Positions 61,457 to 64,000 of a DNA stretch of 64,000 nucleotides are shown here, in pieces. Position numbers and translations under genes: made by a program. Positions within the stretch are counted from its first letter, which is position 1. The number at the start of each line of letters is the position of its first letter. The notes beneath the pieces were generated by a model. The model worked only from the letters and a program-made list of their open reading frames with translations, searched no databases and was not told the DNA's origin. The stretch comes from Chthoniobacterales bacterium (lineage in GTDB: Bacteria; Verrucomicrobiota; Verrucomicrobiia; Chthoniobacterales; UBA10450): NCBI GenBank assembly GCA_036270255.1, contig DATBCW010000144.1:662-64661 (forward strand). The letters run 5' to 3'.

Positions 61457-61687
61457 ATGAAAACTTTCTCAGCTCTCATTGCAGTGTGCCTCGTCGGCGC
61501 CGGCGCGTTGGCGGCAGAACCGCCGAAGGAATCCGATCGCGATCAACAGCAACTAGCGGCGCTGACCAAAGAAGTGCAGGGCCAGCAAACTGCGATCGCG
61601 GACAATCAGAAGAAGATCGACGAAAAGCTGGCGGCAATTGCCGAAGCGATTCGCCTGGCAAAAATTTATGCGGCCCGGGGAAAGTAA
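61457..61687 (+). CDS. Small secreted helical protein (76 aa), paralogue of the next gene
   Basis: ATG 61457, in frame with track ORF 61019. Signal peptide MKTFSALIAVCLVGAGALA, then QQQLAALTKEVQGQQTAIADNQKKIDEKLAAIAEAIRLAKIYAARGK. Confidence 0.5.
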   Translation: MKTFSALIAVCLVGAGALAAEPPKESDRDQQQLAALTKEVQGQQTAIADNQKKIDEKLAAIAEAIRLAKIYAARGK

Positions 61688-61688
61688 T

Positions 61689-61976
61689 ATGCGCTCTCTC
61701 ATCCTATCTTTAATCGCGACCACGTTCGTGGGGTTCACGGCCACGGGCCAAACCCCAATGCCGATTATTGTCCCCGCGATGACGCCGGCAAAGACCGCGC
61801 AAAGTCCAGTCACCGCCGCTGTCACGACGACTTCAACCCAGACAACGCTCAAAGCGCTCCAGGCGCTGAAGGCGGCTAACGAAGAGATCCTCAAACAGCA
61901 GACCGCGACGCTCGAAAAGCTCGACGAGATCGAAAAAGCTGCGAACGAAATGAGGATCTACTCGAAGCGCGGATAA
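61689..61976 (+). CDS. Small secreted helical protein (95 aa), paralogue of the previous gene
   Basis: ATG 61689 lies 1 nt after the upstream stop. Signal peptide MRSLILSLIATTFVGFTATG, Thr/Ala/Pro spacer, then LKALQALKAANEEILKQQTATLEKLDEIEKAANEMRIYSKRG. Confidence 0.5.
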   Translation: MRSLILSLIATTFVGFTATGQTPMPIIVPAMTPAKTAQSPVTAAVTTTSTQTTLKALQALKAANEEILKQQTATLEKLDEIEKAANEMRIYSKRG

Positions 61977-62001
61977 CGCTTCTCTGCCTCGCAGTCGGCC
62001 G

Positions 62002-63372
62002 CTACTTCTTGCTCTTCGGCTCTACCTTTCGATAGAGCGTCGCCATGCTGATCCCCAGCGTGCTCGCGGCCTTTTCTCTCGAACCGCCGCAATGGTTCAG
62101 GGTCGCTTCGATATAACCCCGTTCCTGTTGCTGAATGAATTCGTCGAGTGTTTGCCCGACCGGCATCGAGGCGACGGCCTGTTCGTTTTTTTCTCCCTGA
62201 GCTGCGGCCACGATTTGCGGCGGAAGATCGCTCGGCAAGATCAATTCCTCTTCGCACAAAGCACAGGCGCGCTCGATCGCGTTTTCCAGTTCGCGGACGT
62301 TCCCCGGATAATCGTAGTGACAAAGAATATCGACCGCTTTCGGATCGATCTTCTTGGGCTCACCGCCGGTCACTGATGCTTGCTTCTGGAGAAAGTGATT
62401 CACGAGGAGTGGGACATCCTCGAGCCGCTCGCGGAGCGCAGGAATCTCGACCGGGATAACGGCGAGGCGGTAATACAAATCTTCGCGGAACGTTCCGTCC
62501 TTCAACTTCGCCTGGAGCACTTCGTTGGTGGCGCCGACGACGCGGACGTTTACCGGCACGCTCTTGTTGTCGCCGACCCGCCGGACTTCACGTTCCTGGA
62601 GGACGCGGAGCAGTTTCGTCTGCAACTGGGGCGCCATTGAATTGACTTCATCGAGAAAGATCGTGCCGAGGTTCGCTTCTTCGAACAGCCCGCGCTTGTC
62701 CGCGACGGCGCCGGTAAACGCGCCCTTTTTGTGTCCGAACAATTCCGACTCGAGCAGGTTCTCCGGCAACGCGCTGCAGTTGATGGCCACGAAGGGATGA
62801 TGCTGCCGGTTGCTGTTAAAATGCAGGCCGCGCGCGACCAGTTCCTTTCCGGTGCCGCTTTCGCCCTGGATCAACACGGTGCTGTCGGTGTCCGCCACCT
62901 TGTTAATCAGATTGTAGACCTGCTGCATTTTGCGGCTGGTCCCGATGATGTTCTCAAACCGGTAACGATTCTTGAGCTCCTTGCGGAGATAGGTGTTCTC
63001 GCGAAGCGCCGCTTGGTAATCGAGCGCCCGTTGCACGGTCATCTGGAGCTCGTCAATTTTGAAGGGCTTGGTCACATAGTCGTATGCGCCCATTTTCATC
63101 GCATCGACCGCGGTTTCGACCGACGCGTAGGCGGTGATCAAAATCACGGCCGTCTGTCGATGATGCTCCCGGACGTGCTGGAGAACGTCGAACCCGGTCA
63201 TCGACTCCATCTTGATATCGGCGATCACGACCTGCGGCTGGATTGCATCCAGTTGCTCGACTGCTTTGGGCGCGGAATTGAAGGGGAAAACCTGGTGACC
63301 TTTTTCCCGGCAAAGCGTCACAATGACCTCCACCATCGCCGGCTCATCATCGATAATTATGATCTTCGCCAT
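62002..63372 (-). CDS. Sigma-54-dependent response regulator (NtrC family: REC + AAA+ + Fis-type HTH)
   Basis: MAKIIIIDDE...VVIADIKM (REC Asp), GESGTGKELVARGLH (Walker A), GAFTGA, LFLDEV-type IFLDEV, RVVGATN, C-terminal REKAASTLGISMATLYRK. Confidence 0.92.
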   Translation of the reverse strand: MAKIIIIDDEPAMVEVIVTLCREKGHQVFPFNSAPKAVEQLDAIQPQVVIADIKMESMTGFDVLQHVREHHRQTAVILITAYASVETAVDAMKMGAYDYVTKPFKIDELQMTVQRALDYQAALRENTYLRKELKNRYRFENIIGTSRKMQQVYNLINKVADTDSTVLIQGESGTGKELVARGLHFNSNRQHHPFVAINCSALPENLLESELFGHKKGAFTGAVADKRGLFEEANLGTIFLDEVNSMAPQLQTKLLRVLQEREVRRVGDNKSVPVNVRVVGATNEVLQAKLKDGTFREDLYYRLAVIPVEIPALRERLEDVPLLVNHFLQKQASVTGGEPKKIDPKAVDILCHYDYPGNVRELENAIERACALCEEELILPSDLPPQIVAAAQGEKNEQAVASMPVGQTLDEFIQQQERGYIEATLNHCGGSREKAASTLGISMATLYRKVEPKSKK

Positions 63373-63464
63373 AGTTGCCGTGCGGAGAATATTTCAGAAG
63401 TGAGAAAAGGAAAGCGAAATTGAGAAATTCTCATGGACGCCTTTTGCCCGGGTGGAATTAGGGG

Positions 63465-64000
63465 TCAGGCTGCCGTTTCTCTTATCTCACCGTTAATCAT
63501 GGTCCAGGGAGCACATTCCGAAAACGCCACGATGTTTTCGTAAATATCTCCTGCGGCTGAAACCGGAAGCGCAATCATGTCGGCGCACGCGCCGGGCGTG
63601 AGACAGCCCAAGGAGTCGCGCTGGCCGAGAGCTGTTGCTCCGTTCGTCGTGACCATCTGCAGTGTTTCCTTTGGGGAAACCGAAGGATGTTTCCGCAATA
63701 GTTCGCGCATTTCGGCAAACAGGCTGAGATCGGAATTACTCGCGAGACTGTCGGTGCCGAGGCAAACGTTGAGCCCGAGTGCGCGGAGGCGCGGAAGCGC
63801 AAACGGGGCGTGTTGGAAAAATTGGTGACTGCGTGGGCAATGCGCGATGTGAAACTTCGGCGCGGCGCGCAACAGATCGAAATCGCCGGCATCCAGCTCG
63901 TTCAAGTGCGCGATGATCCAGCGTTCATCCATCGTTCGCGTTCGAAGGAATCGCGAAACCGGCGTCTCGCGACCGCAATCGTTCATTGGCCGTCCGAAGC
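63465..64000 (-). CDS. Amidohydrolase-superfamily protein (deaminase-like), 5' end beyond the right edge
   Basis: C-terminal blocks HIAHCPRSH, NVCLGTDSLASN, TTNGATALG, GACADMIAL. The frame is open upstream of track Met 63986 to the window edge. The visible region corresponds to the C-terminal part of the fold. Confidence 0.7.
   Translation of the reverse strand, partial: FGRPMNDCGRETPVSRFLRTRTMDERWIIAHLNELDAGDFDLLRAAPKFHIAHCPRSHQFFQHAPFALPRLRALGLNVCLGTDSLASNSDLSLFAEMRELLRKHPSVSPKETLQMVTTNGATALGQRDSLGCLTPGACADMIALPVSAAGDIYENIVAFSECAPWTMINGEIRETAA

Overview
Visibly GC-rich, densely coding bacterial chromosomal segment. It holds about 56 protein genes and 1 tRNA. I recognised no rRNA, CRISPR, transposase, integrase or phage genes. 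All homology calls are motif recognition by eye; no searches were run. Hand-derived repeat boundaries are +/- about 3 nt.

Gene content is that of a diderm: ExbB-ExbD-TonB, Lgt, alpha-2-macroglobulin + PBP1C, sigma-54. The interspersed palindromes and the giant Asp-box/PKD secreted protein remind me of soil Verrucomicrobiota-like genomes, but that is an impression, not a test.

The backbone is housekeeping: secG (partial, missing from the ORF track), mazG, ptsN, pckG, lgt, purD, rnc, thiD, trpC, tRNA-Thr(CGU), rlmI, purC, mdh, malQ, a UvrD-family helicase, ruvC, lipB, rpoN and an NtrC-family activator.

Stand-out content:
(1) One uninterrupted 1,933-codon ORF encodes two complete UvrA units in tandem and carries three palindromic repeat copies in frame.
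(2) A cell-envelope block at 24.6-40.3 kb follows tRNA-Thr. It contains a 1,292-aa secreted Asp-box propeller/FN3/PKD protein, two polyprenyl-phosphate-sugar-synthase-type GT2 genes, two polytopic GT-C-like proteins (one GT87/DUF2029), a GT8-like protein, five SAM-methyltransferase-fold genes (one RlmI-like) and two tail-anchored coiled-coil proteins of unknown function.
(3) An alpha-2-macroglobulin (1,970 aa, CSEQ thioester-type motif) is paired with PBP1C.
(4) Two paralogous small secreted helical proteins sit between rpoN and the sigma-54 activator.
(5) An S41-peptidase homologue lacks both catalytic residues.
(6) There is a very high load of palindromic REP/MITE-like elements, about 18 copies in at least four families. 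Several overlap stop codons, a ribosome-binding region or coding sequence.

I see no known defence system and no locus I can confidently call a new system. My best candidates are the envelope-glycan block with the tail-anchored pair, the tandem UvrA, and the rpoN-adjacent small-protein pair.
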